Source: an uncultured Thermoleophilia bacterium
GTDB lineage: Bacteria > Actinomycetota > Thermoleophilia > Solirubrobacterales > 70-9
Direction of reading: 5' to 3'
DNA length: 64,000 nt
Assembly: GCA_963756745.1 (NCBI GenBank)
Contig: CAVWOU010000001.1
Span: 151,531 to 215,530 of the forward strand
Shown: in pieces, positions 52,938-61,294 of the stretch
How positions within the stretch are numbered: position 1 is the first letter of the stretch
Layout of the letters: each line of letters opens with the position of its first letter
Notes under the pieces: model-generated
The model's input: only the letters and a program-made list of their open reading frames with translations
What the model was told of the DNA's origin: nothing
Databases searched by the model: none
Program-made: the position numbers and the translations under genes

Positions 52938-54182
52938 CTATCCGCGCGGCTTTCGCGCCCCGATGTCGCCGAAGCGCATCCGACACGCGATGGTTCGCTC
53001 CGCCTGTTGCGCCGCGATCGCGCCGCCCGCCGGAAGCACGTCGGCGGTCGTGTAGAGAGCCGCCCCACGGCGCCCGCCCTTGGCGCCAAAGGCCCATGTG
53101 TGAAAGCCCGGGAACGAGCCCGAGTGGCCCTGCACGCCGCAGGCGCTCGCCCAGGTGAAGTGGATCAGCCCGAGCCCGTAGGTTCCGATGCCGCCTCCCT
53201 CGACTGGGCTTGACGGGGGCGTCCCGTTCAGCGAGCCCGGCGCCGCGATCTTCATCTCGCGCAGGAGGCTCTTGGGGAAGAGGCGACCGGCGAGCAGCGC
53301 GCGCATGAACCGCTGCAAATCTGTCGGCACCGACACGATCGCACCAGCGCCCCAGGCGATCGTCGGGCTTGTCGCGGTTACGTCGAACGGCCACTTTCCC
53401 TCGGCCAACACGTCATAGCCGTGGGCAAAGGGGCGGGCGATCCTGGAGCGCTTGCTGAGCGACGTCCGCTTGAGCCCCAGCGGGTCGAAGATCATCCGCT
53501 TGTAGCTGCTCGTGAGCGAACGGCCGGTGGCCTGTTCGATGATCATCCCGAGCAAGACGTAGTCGGTATTGGAATAGGAGAAGCCCTGACCGGGCGGAAA
53601 CGTCGGAGCGGCTTGGACCCCGATCTCGACCAGCTGCAGCGGGGTCCATGTGCGCGTCATCTCGGATGGGGGAGGCACGCAGAGTGTGCTGTCCGGCGGC
53701 ACGGCGCAGTAGTCGGCCAATCCGCTCGTGTGGTTGAGGAGCTGACGAACCGTGATCCGTTCACCGTTCGGCACCAACCCCGGCAACCACCGCTCCACAG
53801 GCTCATCGAGTGCGATCCGGCCTCGGGCGACCAGCTTGAGGATGGCGGCCGCGGTGAACGTCTTGGTCACGCTGCCGACTCGGGCCCGGTGGTCAGGCGA
53901 GAGCGGCACGCGCCGTCGCAGGTCCGCCGCGCCGGCGGCATAGCGCTCGACCCCGCCTGGGCCGCCAATCACGGCCGTGGCGCCGGGGACGCCCGCTGCG
54001 ACCGAGCGCTCGAGTGCGTCTTGGACGTCCTGGCGAGAGGGGGCGCTCGCCGCCAGGGCGGGCGTCGGTGCCAGGAGCCAGAGCGCGAGCGTGGTCGCTA
54101 CGGCGATGCCGGGCAGCGCAGGCATCCGTCGCCGATCACTCACCGAGGGCCGGATCACATCATCGTGCTCGGGCGATTTCAT
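52938..54182 (-). CDS. Secreted serine hydrolase (class C beta-lactamase / DD-peptidase family)
   Basis: Signal RRRMPALPGIAVATTLALWLLAPTPALA. GSVTKTF (SxxK), YSNTDY (YxN). Confidence 0.85.
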   Translation of the reverse strand: MKSPEHDDVIRPSVSDRRRMPALPGIAVATTLALWLLAPTPALAASAPSRQDVQDALERSVAAGVPGATAVIGGPGGVERYAAGAADLRRRVPLSPDHRARVGSVTKTFTAAAILKLVARGRIALDEPVERWLPGLVPNGERITVRQLLNHTSGLADYCAVPPDSTLCVPPPSEMTRTWTPLQLVEIGVQAAPTFPPGQGFSYSNTDYVLLGMIIEQATGRSLTSSYKRMIFDPLGLKRTSLSKRSRIARPFAHGYDVLAEGKWPFDVTATSPTIAWGAGAIVSVPTDLQRFMRALLAGRLFPKSLLREMKIAAPGSLNGTPPSSPVEGGGIGTYGLGLIHFTWASACGVQGHSGSFPGFHTWAFGAKGGRRGAALYTTADVLPAGGAIAAQQAERTIACRMRFGDIGARKPRG

Positions 54183-54607
54183 CTGGGCTGAAAGGCCATC
54201 TCGGGCGGCTGGATCGATCCCGTTCGGCGGCTGCACATGCCGACCCTACCCCGACCGCCGGAAGCCGGCAAGCTCGGCGGCACGAAGCGGGTGAGCGGAT
54301 CCGGACGTCGTTGGGTTAGCAGCTGTACGCGTGTCGCTTCCGCGTGAAGGCGAGCGTCAGCGCGGCTGGGACAGAGGTGCCGCTCGCTCCCGCTCAGGAC
54401 GAGCAGCGGGAGCGAGCGACACTGCCCTCGCCCATCGCGCACCCGGCCGGGGAGCCCTCAGATCCGCGCGTACCCCAAAACACACCGCGCGAGTTTGGCC
54501 GCTGATTCATCGCTGACCCTGCACGAGATTCCGCGCATTGGCCCGTCCATTGGCCCGTGGGCGTCTCCCGGAGGACGAAACCCCGCTTATCAAGCGGGTT
54601 CTCGAGG

Positions 54608-54680
54608 CACCGCTACCGGGATTCGAACCCGGGTTTCCGGACTGAGAATCCGGCGTCCTAGTCCCCTAGACGATAGCGGC
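54608..54680 (-). tRNA. tRNA-Glu (anticodon CUC)
   Basis: GCCGCUA/UAGCGGU acceptor stem (G1-U72). D arm UCGUCUAGGGGACUAGGAC. Anticodon stem CCGGA/UCCGG with loop UUCUCAG. T arm CCGGG-UUCGAAU-CCCGG. No encoded CCA. Confidence 0.9.
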
Positions 54681-54732
54681 GTGGGCGCGCGATTCTAGCG
54701 GGGGAGATGCCGGGTCCCCGGGCGAGAAGTGA

Positions 54733-54816
54733 TGCGGCTGGAGGGACTCGAACCCCCAAGGGCTTTCGCCCACGTGGATCTGAACCACGCGTGTTTCCCA
54801 ATTTCACCACAGCCGC
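54733..54816 (-). tRNA. tRNA-Leu (anticodon CAG)
   Basis: Acceptor GCGGCUG/CAGCCGC. Anticodon stem CGUGG/CCACG with loop UUCAGAU. Long variable arm GGGC-GAAA-GCCC. T loop UUCGAGU. Confidence 0.9.
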
Positions 54817-54840
54817 GTGAGCACTTCAAAACTCTAGTGG

Positions 54841-55623
54841 CTACTCCTTGATTCCGACGTGCTCCAACATGAGGGCCACGCTATCGCGGCGATTGATCCG
54901 GACGTCCCAGAGTCCCCGGCGGCTGCGGTTCACCCGCGTGAAGACGCCGACTCGCTCGCATTGCGCCACGAAGAGATCGACTATATCCGTCGACATGTTG
55001 CAGAACTGGTAGCTCAGATACTCGTAGGGCTCGTCCCGGTGGATATCGGTTCGATTGATGAAGGAGCAGCCATCAGTCCGGATGCAACCGCGTATGAATG
55101 GCCATGGGGCGGCGTCCACGATGTCCTGCTGCCACTGTTCCAAGACGATTTTCCGCTGGTGCTTCATGCCTAGTCCGTGCTGAGGCAATAAGCACGGCAG
55201 ATGCGAGCAATACAGCGAGACGTAGACCATGGTCCCCCCGTGGACGCTCACCTCGCCAACCGGGTTGCCTGGAAAGCAGCGGCCGAGCAGCGCCTTGATG
55301 TCGGCGATGATCCGTGGGTACTTCGTGTCCAGCGCGATCCTCAGCCGCGACGTTCGCGCGCCGTGCGAGATGCACCCGTCGCCGAGATAGACCGCGAGCA
55401 GCTCGGAGTAATGATCCGGCGTGAAGCGCATTGGCTTCGCTGCCTTCCAGCAGCGTGGGCAGGTACCAGGAAGGCGCGGTCTTCAGTTACGCGGGATGTA
55501 GGTTGGCCGGCGCCAGTCGAGGATCGTGCGGCGCGGGATGCCGATGCGCCGGGAGACCTCGCAGTCGTTCAGTCCCTGCTCGATCAGGGCGAGGGCTTCG
55601 GCGCGGACGTGCAGTGGGTGCAT
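54841..55623 (-). pseudogene. HTH - CxxC - LAGLIDADG-type protein interrupted by one in-frame TGA
   Basis: ORFs 55483..55623 (MHPLHVRAEALALIEQGLNDCEVSRRIGIPRRTILDWRRPTYIPRN*) and 54841..55431 are in the same frame. The 17 codons between them read RPRLPGTCPRCWKAAKP. Motifs LAVYLGDGC and IRGCIRTDGC. Lower GC than the surroundings. Confidence 0.7.
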
Positions 55624-55813
55624 GTCTGCAATTTCCAGGGAAAAGTGTGTCGTGTGGGTGGAGTTTGTGGCGGGTTTGTGACAACTGGGGGCGCGTCGCG
55701 CGGGGCGGATCCGGCCGAGGCGGGCCGCTTTCAATTAGTCTCAGTGCCTGGGCGCGGCCTCGGCCGTCGCTCAGGGGCAGACGTAAAAAGACGAGAGAGG
55801 AGAAAGGACGCCT

Positions 55814-56620
55814 ATGGAGCCGTCGGATCTCGCGACCCGCAACGAGGCCGCGGAGCAGACGAAGACGCCCGAGCAGGTCGTCGCCGACATCCTGCCGATC
55901 GCGGCCGACCCGCTCGAAGCCGAACGAGTGCTCGAAGAAGTCCCGTTCTGGTTTCACACCTTCGCACTGAACCGCGCCGATGGCATCTACACGCCCGGCG
56001 CCGCGCTCGATCACCGCTACCGCATCCCCGCGCTTCCCGACGACTTCACCGGGCTCAGCGTTCTCGACGTCGGCGCGTTCGACGGCTTCTACGCCTACGT
56101 CGCCGAGGACCGTGGCGCCGAGCGCGTGCTCGCGATCGACAACGAGCAGTACGTCCACTGGGTCCGCTCGCGCTGGGGCACCGAGCTCGAGGGCGGCGAG
56201 GGCTTCCGCGCCATCCACCGCCTGCTCGACTCGAACGTCGAGTACCGCGTCCTCGACGCGTTCGAGCTCGACGAGCTCGAAGAACGCTTCGATCTCATCT
56301 ACTGCTTCGGGATCCTGCATCGCGTCCAGAACCCGCTCGGCCTCCTGCGCCGCCTCCGCGACCGTCTCGAGGACGGCGGGCGCGTGCTGCTGGAAACGCA
56401 CGGAGTGCCCGGCAACGACGGCTCGGACAACGGCGCCGTCCGCGTCCCCGAGGTCGGCGAGGTGTACAAGGGCGACGCCTACGTGTTCTGGGAGTTCACA
56501 ACCGGCAGCCTCGACCGGTTGTCGCGATACGCTGGCTTCAGCGAGATGGAGCTCCACGACACACCGGTGATCGACGGGCACCCGCGGATCCTGGCGACGC
56601 TGACCGCTGACGACGGCTAA
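55814..56620 (+). CDS. Class I SAM-dependent methyltransferase (CmoB/DUF1698-like)
   Basis: VLDVGAFDGFYAYVAEDRGA, FDLIYCFGILHRVQNPLGLLRRLRDRLEDGGRVLLET. Confidence 0.8.
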   Translation: MEPSDLATRNEAAEQTKTPEQVVADILPIAADPLEAERVLEEVPFWFHTFALNRADGIYTPGAALDHRYRIPALPDDFTGLSVLDVGAFDGFYAYVAEDRGAERVLAIDNEQYVHWVRSRWGTELEGGEGFRAIHRLLDSNVEYRVLDAFELDELEERFDLIYCFGILHRVQNPLGLLRRLRDRLEDGGRVLLETHGVPGNDGSDNGAVRVPEVGEVYKGDAYVFWEFTTGSLDRLSRYAGFSEMELHDTPVIDGHPRILATLTADDG

Positions 56621-56650
56621 AGCGGCGCCAATCGGAGAGATGCTTCACGG

Positions 56651-57751
56651 ATGAAGGTCGGCCTCGTACTCGGCGCCGGCGGCGTCGTCGGCGGCGCATG
56701 GCTCACCGGCGGCCTGCACGCGCTCGCCACCGAGACGAGCTGGGACCCCGCCGAGGCCGACTACGTGGTCGGCACCTCAGCGGGATCGATGATCGGCGCG
56801 CTGTGCGCCTCCGGCGTCCCGCCGTGGTTCATGGTCGCGCACTCGCGCGGCGAGTCGTTCGCGGAGGTCGTCGATGTCCGGGGCGAGCCGGCCTCGAACG
56901 CCGACCGCGCGGCCGGCGCCGTGTACCGGCCCGAGCGCGCGTTCCCCTCGCTCGGCCCCGGCTCGTGGAGCCTCGCGCTGCGCGGTATCGCCCAGCCCAA
57001 GCGGCACCCCGCGGCTGCCGTGATCAGCGCGTGGCTCCCCAAGGGCATGATCTCCACCGATCCACTCAAGGAGCAGATCCGGCGCGTCGTCCCCGAGAGG
57101 TGGAGCCCGCATCCGAACCTGTGGATCGTGACCTGCGACTTCGCGAGCGGCGAGCGGGTCGTGTTCGGCCGCGAAGGCTCTCCCGTCGCGGACCTCGCGG
57201 ACGCGGTCGCAGCTTCCTGCGCGATCCCCGGCTTCTACCACCCGGTCACGATCGGCGGGCGCCGCTACGTCGACGGCGGAGTGCACTCGGCGTCCAACCT
57301 CGACCTGCTCGAGGATGCCGAGCTCGACGTCGCGATCTGCCTCAACCCGACCTCCACCCTGCACCCGGTACGGGCGATCAACCCGCGTGTGTGGCCAAAC
57401 CTCGTGTTCCGCCGCAGCTCGGGCCGGCAGCTGGGGAACGAGGCCAAGCGCGTGCGTGCGGCCGGCACCGAGTGCGTCCTCATCCAGCCGACCGGGGACG
57501 ACCTCGCGGTGATGGGGCCGAACCTGATGAGCACGAGCCGGCGCGATGAGGTGATCGCGGTCGCGACCCGCACCGTGACCGAGCAGCTCCGCGCGCCCGA
57601 GGTCCAGGAGCTGCTCACCGGCCTTCCGCAGGGCGCGCCCGAGAAGGTCCATCGCCCCGACGCGGGGCCCGCGCGGTGGCCGAAGCTGCGCGACCTCTCG
57701 GAGCGCATCCGCGGCCGCGCGCGTCCCAGCGCGGACTCGAGCCCGGCGTAG
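56651..57751 (+). CDS. Patatin-like phospholipase
   Basis: GLVLGAGGVVGGAW (oxyanion Gly-rich loop), GTSAG (GxSxG), YVDGGV (catalytic Asp). Confidence 0.85.
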   Translation: MKVGLVLGAGGVVGGAWLTGGLHALATETSWDPAEADYVVGTSAGSMIGALCASGVPPWFMVAHSRGESFAEVVDVRGEPASNADRAAGAVYRPERAFPSLGPGSWSLALRGIAQPKRHPAAAVISAWLPKGMISTDPLKEQIRRVVPERWSPHPNLWIVTCDFASGERVVFGREGSPVADLADAVAASCAIPGFYHPVTIGGRRYVDGGVHSASNLDLLEDAELDVAICLNPTSTLHPVRAINPRVWPNLVFRRSSGRQLGNEAKRVRAAGTECVLIQPTGDDLAVMGPNLMSTSRRDEVIAVATRTVTEQLRAPEVQELLTGLPQGAPEKVHRPDAGPARWPKLRDLSERIRGRARPSADSSPA

Positions 57752-57757
57752 GGCTCC

Positions 57758-59455
57758 CTACTCCGCCGCGATCGCGCCGGCCGTGCGGTGCGCCAGCGCC
57801 ATGATCGTGATCATCGGGTTGGTCCCCGACGAGGTCGGGAACGCGCTGGCGTCGCCGATCCACACTCCCTCGACGTCGTGCAGCTCTCCCCACGGCCCGG
57901 CCACGCTCGTCTCCGGGTCGGTCCCCATCCGGCACGTCCCCATCTGGTGCGCGGAGAAGATCCCGTGCTCGCGCGGCGCCAGCGACGCCTCCCCCACCCT
58001 GCCGATGAACGACTCGAGGTCGTCGCCGCGATCCCAGTAGATTGGCTTGCGCGCCAGGGCCACGATCCGCCCGGCCCCCGCCGCCTCGTGGAGGCGGATC
58101 ATCTCGACCAGCCCGCGCCGGAAGCTGCGGATGTCGAGCTCGTCCGCGAGCGGGTACTGAGGAACCGCGTTTCCGGAGGCGTCGATTGCGACGCGCCCGC
58201 GGCCACGGTCCCGGGTGAGGTTGATGAACGTGGCGGTGCGCGCCCACTCGAGCATCCACTCCTTGTGCGTGCGGCCCGACTCCCACGGCGTCGCCGCGGC
58301 GGCGAGTCCGGTCGTGTGGTGCGGGCACTCGATCAGGAACCCGTACCCGTCCTCGAGCTCCGCGAACTGGTGCGAGATCGCCGCCTGCGGCGGCCCCCAC
58401 CACGCTCGCTGCTCGGCGTCGTACTGGCCGCTGATCGCGCCCGTCGGGTGCAGGCGCAGGTAGTCCCCCACCGCCGGCCCGCCGATCCCGGAGCGCAGCA
58501 GCAGCGCGGGCGACTCGATCGACCCGCACGCGACCACGACCTGAGGGGCCCGCACCGTCACCCGCGCGGTGACGCCATCGGGGCCCACGTAGGTCCCCTC
58601 TACCCCCGCCGCCCGACCGTTCTCGACGATGATCCGCTCCACACGACAGTCGGCAACCAGCTCGGCACCGTTCGCCTGGGCGTCGGCGAGGTAGGTCTTC
58701 GCCGTGCTCTGCTTCGAGCCCGAGACGTCGCCGTAGCCCATGAACCCCGCCGTCTCCGGGTCGTAGTCCGCCGGATCGGCGTTCCGCGTCGTGAGCCGGA
58801 AGTCGTAGGAGAGCGCCTCGCATCCCTCCTGGAGGCGGGCGTGATTGCCGTTCAGGTCGCTGCACGCATCGGTGGCGCCCAGCCGCTCCATCACCGCGTC
58901 CAGGTGGCGCTCGTAGTCCTGACCCTCGAGACCCTCGAGGCCGTGCCGCGCCCACTCCTCGCGCACCCAAGGGTGCGTGCGCAGGCAGTTGGTCCAGTTG
59001 ATCACCGTCCCGCCGCCGATCGCCGAACCCGCCTGAATCGTGACCTGGCCCTCGGCGGTCGGGAATGGCCCGCCGTTCAGGTACAGCTGCTGGTAGGCGG
59101 GGATCTCGAGCTGGTGGAAGTCCGACTCGTTCAGGTAGCTCCCCATCTCGACGACGCAGACTCGCTTCCCGCCGCCCGCCAGCTCAGCGGCGATCACGCC
59201 GCCGCCCGCGCCCGAGCCGACCACGCACGCGTCCGCGTCGATAGTCATCTCCGCCCCCTCCGGACGGCGGATCCGCAGCTCGTCGGTCGCCTCGCGCGGA
59301 GGGCTCACCGGTCCCGGGTAGCCGATCGCCTCCCAGTTCGGGTTCCGGCCCGTGCCGAGGTCGGGAAGCGCGTAGTGGAGCGTCATCGTCAGCCCCTTCA
59401 GCGCGTGCATCCCCGCGAGCGCCTCGGGGCCGGAGTCGGCAAACCCGTGGACCAT
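57758..59455 (-). CDS. GMC oxidoreductase, long-chain alcohol oxidase (FAO)-like; its N-terminal region appears to lie upstream in another frame
   Basis: DACVVGSGAGGGVIAAEL, GGGTVINWTNCLRTH, SAHQMGTCRMG, ASAFPTSSGTNPM. Confidence 0.85.
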   Translation of the reverse strand: MVHGFADSGPEALAGMHALKGLTMTLHYALPDLGTGRNPNWEAIGYPGPVSPPREATDELRIRRPEGAEMTIDADACVVGSGAGGGVIAAELAGGGKRVCVVEMGSYLNESDFHQLEIPAYQQLYLNGGPFPTAEGQVTIQAGSAIGGGTVINWTNCLRTHPWVREEWARHGLEGLEGQDYERHLDAVMERLGATDACSDLNGNHARLQEGCEALSYDFRLTTRNADPADYDPETAGFMGYGDVSGSKQSTAKTYLADAQANGAELVADCRVERIIVENGRAAGVEGTYVGPDGVTARVTVRAPQVVVACGSIESPALLLRSGIGGPAVGDYLRLHPTGAISGQYDAEQRAWWGPPQAAISHQFAELEDGYGFLIECPHHTTGLAAAATPWESGRTHKEWMLEWARTATFINLTRDRGRGRVAIDASGNAVPQYPLADELDIRSFRRGLVEMIRLHEAAGAGRIVALARKPIYWDRGDDLESFIGRVGEASLAPREHGIFSAHQMGTCRMGTDPETSVAGPWGELHDVEGVWIGDASAFPTSSGTNPMITIMALAHRTAGAIAAE

Positions 59456-61214
59456 CGCCTCGCGCAGCGTCCGCGCTCGCCTCGTTCAGCCCCTGCGCCT
59501 CGAGCGCGTCAAGGAGCTCGCGCAGGCCCTCGACCTGCTCGGCGGGCACCCGATCCAGCGCCTGCTCGATCGCTTCGGGGACGGCCAGATGCGAGGCGGC
59601 GCGGGCCCAGAAGCCGTCCGGGTCGTCGGGCTCGTCGATCGACGGGACGTAGGTGTCGCACACGGTCGCAAGCGTGCGGCGCTGCGCATCGCTCAACAGC
59701 TCGCTCGCGGCCGCGAACCGCACCGCCTCGACGACCTGGAGCGTCGTAGCCGGATTGAACGGGAAGTAGTGCGGCTCGCGCGGCGGGGCGGTCGGGGGCG
59801 TGACGAGGATCGACTGGCGCGCCGTGTACTTGCGGATCCCGTCGGCTCCGTGCCGGGAGCCCAGCCCGGAGTCCTTCCACCCTCCCATCGGCAGCTCGAG
59901 CGCTGCGTAGTTGATCTGCGCGTCATTGACGCAACACACCCCCGCCTCGACCTGCCGGGCGAGCTCCTCGCCGCGCCGGACGTCCCGCGTCCACACGGAC
60001 GCCTGCAGGCCGTACGGCCCGTCGTTCGCCAGCCGCAGCGCCTCCTCGGCGCTCTCCACCCTCATCACCGGCAGCGTCGGCCCGAACGTCTCCTCGGACA
60101 TGCACCGCATCGAGTGGTCGACGTCGACGAGGACGGTCGGCTCGTAGAAGCGCCCCGGCCCGTCGAGCGCCCGCCCGCCCGTGACCACCCTCGCCCCCCT
60201 CTCGACGGCGTCGGCGACGTGCTCGGAGATCAGGTCCAGCTGCGGGGGAAAGATGATCGCGCCGAGGTCGATGCCTCCCGGCCCCGCCGGGCGGCCAGTG
60301 CGCAGCGCACCCGCCAGCTCGCTCACGCGTCGTACGAACTCGTCGTACGCGGGCGCCTCTACGTACACGCGCTCGATCGAGATGCAGGTCTGCCCCGCGT
60401 TCCCCATTCCGTACGCGAGCGCGGCGTTCGCCGCACGTTCGAGGTCGGCGTCGGCGAGCACGATCATCGGGTCCTTGCCGCCGAGCTCGAGACCGACCGG
60501 CGTCAGCGTCCGCGCCGCACGCTCCATTACCTTGCGCCCGGTCACGACCGAGCCGGTGAAGTGGATGAAGTCGGCCTCGTCGATCAGCGCGGCGCCCGTC
60601 TCACCCTCGCCGGTCGCGACCTGGAACACACCATCGGGCAGGCCAGAGTCGGCGAGCATCTCGGCCATCTGCAGCGACGTGAGCGGGGTGATCTCCGAGG
60701 GCTTCATCACCACCGAGTTGCCGGCGGCGAGCGCCGGGATGCAGTCGCCGAACGAGTTCGTGAGCGGGTAGTTCCACGGTCCGATCACGCCGACGACCCC
60801 GCGCGGGGCGTAGCGCACCACGAGCCGGCGCCCGCGCACGAACGGGTTGGCTGTCTCGACCTCCTCGTCCCCGAGATACTCCGGCGCGACCCGAGGCCAG
60901 AACCCGAGCGCCTGGACCCCGTAGACGATCTCCGAGAACTCTGCGTCGTCCCAGCTCTTCCCGGTCTCGGAGACGATCGTCTCGATCACCCGCTCCGAGT
61001 TCTCGCCGAGCCAGCGCCGCGCGCGCAGCAGGACCTCTCCGCGGCCGTCCATCCCCAGCGCCTCCCACGCGGGCTGCGCGGCGCGCGCCCTGTCGACGAG
61101 CGCGCTTACTTCTTCCGCGCCGAGCTTTGGCACGGTAGCGATCACCTCGCCCGTCGCCGGGTTCTCGACCTCCAGGGTCGTCCCCGTCAGGCCGGGCGCC
61201 TCCCGCGTCGCCAT
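59184..61214 (-). CDS. Aldehyde dehydrogenase. The open frame runs without a stop into FAO-like N-terminal sequence, then into out-of-frame overlap with the GMC gene.
   Basis: Start MATREAPGL at 61214. VIGPWNYPL, MKPSE, ELGGKDP, GQTCISIER, EETFGP. ALDH similarity ends near 59.70 kb. LSDAQRRTLATVCDTYVPS follows in the same frame. Confidence 0.8.
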   Translation of the reverse strand: MATREAPGLTGTTLEVENPATGEVIATVPKLGAEEVSALVDRARAAQPAWEALGMDGRGEVLLRARRWLGENSERVIETIVSETGKSWDDAEFSEIVYGVQALGFWPRVAPEYLGDEEVETANPFVRGRRLVVRYAPRGVVGVIGPWNYPLTNSFGDCIPALAAGNSVVMKPSEITPLTSLQMAEMLADSGLPDGVFQVATGEGETGAALIDEADFIHFTGSVVTGRKVMERAARTLTPVGLELGGKDPMIVLADADLERAANAALAYGMGNAGQTCISIERVYVEAPAYDEFVRRVSELAGALRTGRPAGPGGIDLGAIIFPPQLDLISEHVADAVERGARVVTGGRALDGPGRFYEPTVLVDVDHSMRCMSEETFGPTLPVMRVESAEEALRLANDGPYGLQASVWTRDVRRGEELARQVEAGVCCVNDAQINYAALELPMGGWKDSGLGSRHGADGIRKYTARQSILVTPPTAPPREPHYFPFNPATTLQVVEAVRFAAASELLSDAQRRTLATVCDTYVPSIDEPDDPDGFWARAASHLAVPEAIEQALDRVPAEQVEGLRELLDALEAQGLNEASADAARGDGPRVCRLRPRGARGDARAEGADDDAPLRASRPRHGPEPELGGDRLPGTGEPSARGDRRAADPPSGGGGDDYRRGRVRGRLGRGRRRDRR

Positions 61215-61294
61215 CGGGCGCGAGTCTACCCGGGTCGCAACCGGATCACGAGGTCGCCGACGCCGGCGCGGCCCGTGCGTGGAAGGATCCCGCC

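Larger units (their letters stand above)
46889..54650. mobile_element. About 7.7-kb integrated-element remnant at tRNA-Glu, no recombinase left
   Basis: Bounded by the tRNA-Glu 3'-half direct repeats. Contains several disrupted or truncated genes and AT-richer patches. Confidence 0.55.

Noticed and set aside
46931-54607. Integrase, excisionase or transposase gene inside the tRNA-Glu islet
   Set aside because: None of the six-frame ORFs shows the tyrosine-recombinase R..H.R..Y pattern, a serine-recombinase motif or DDE motifs. The islet is therefore called a remnant only.
55483-55485. In-frame TGA as a selenocysteine codon
   Set aside because: The surrounding protein family (HTH/LAGLIDADG) has no redox role, and I see no convincing SECIS-like hairpin directly downstream. 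A nonsense mutation is the simpler explanation.
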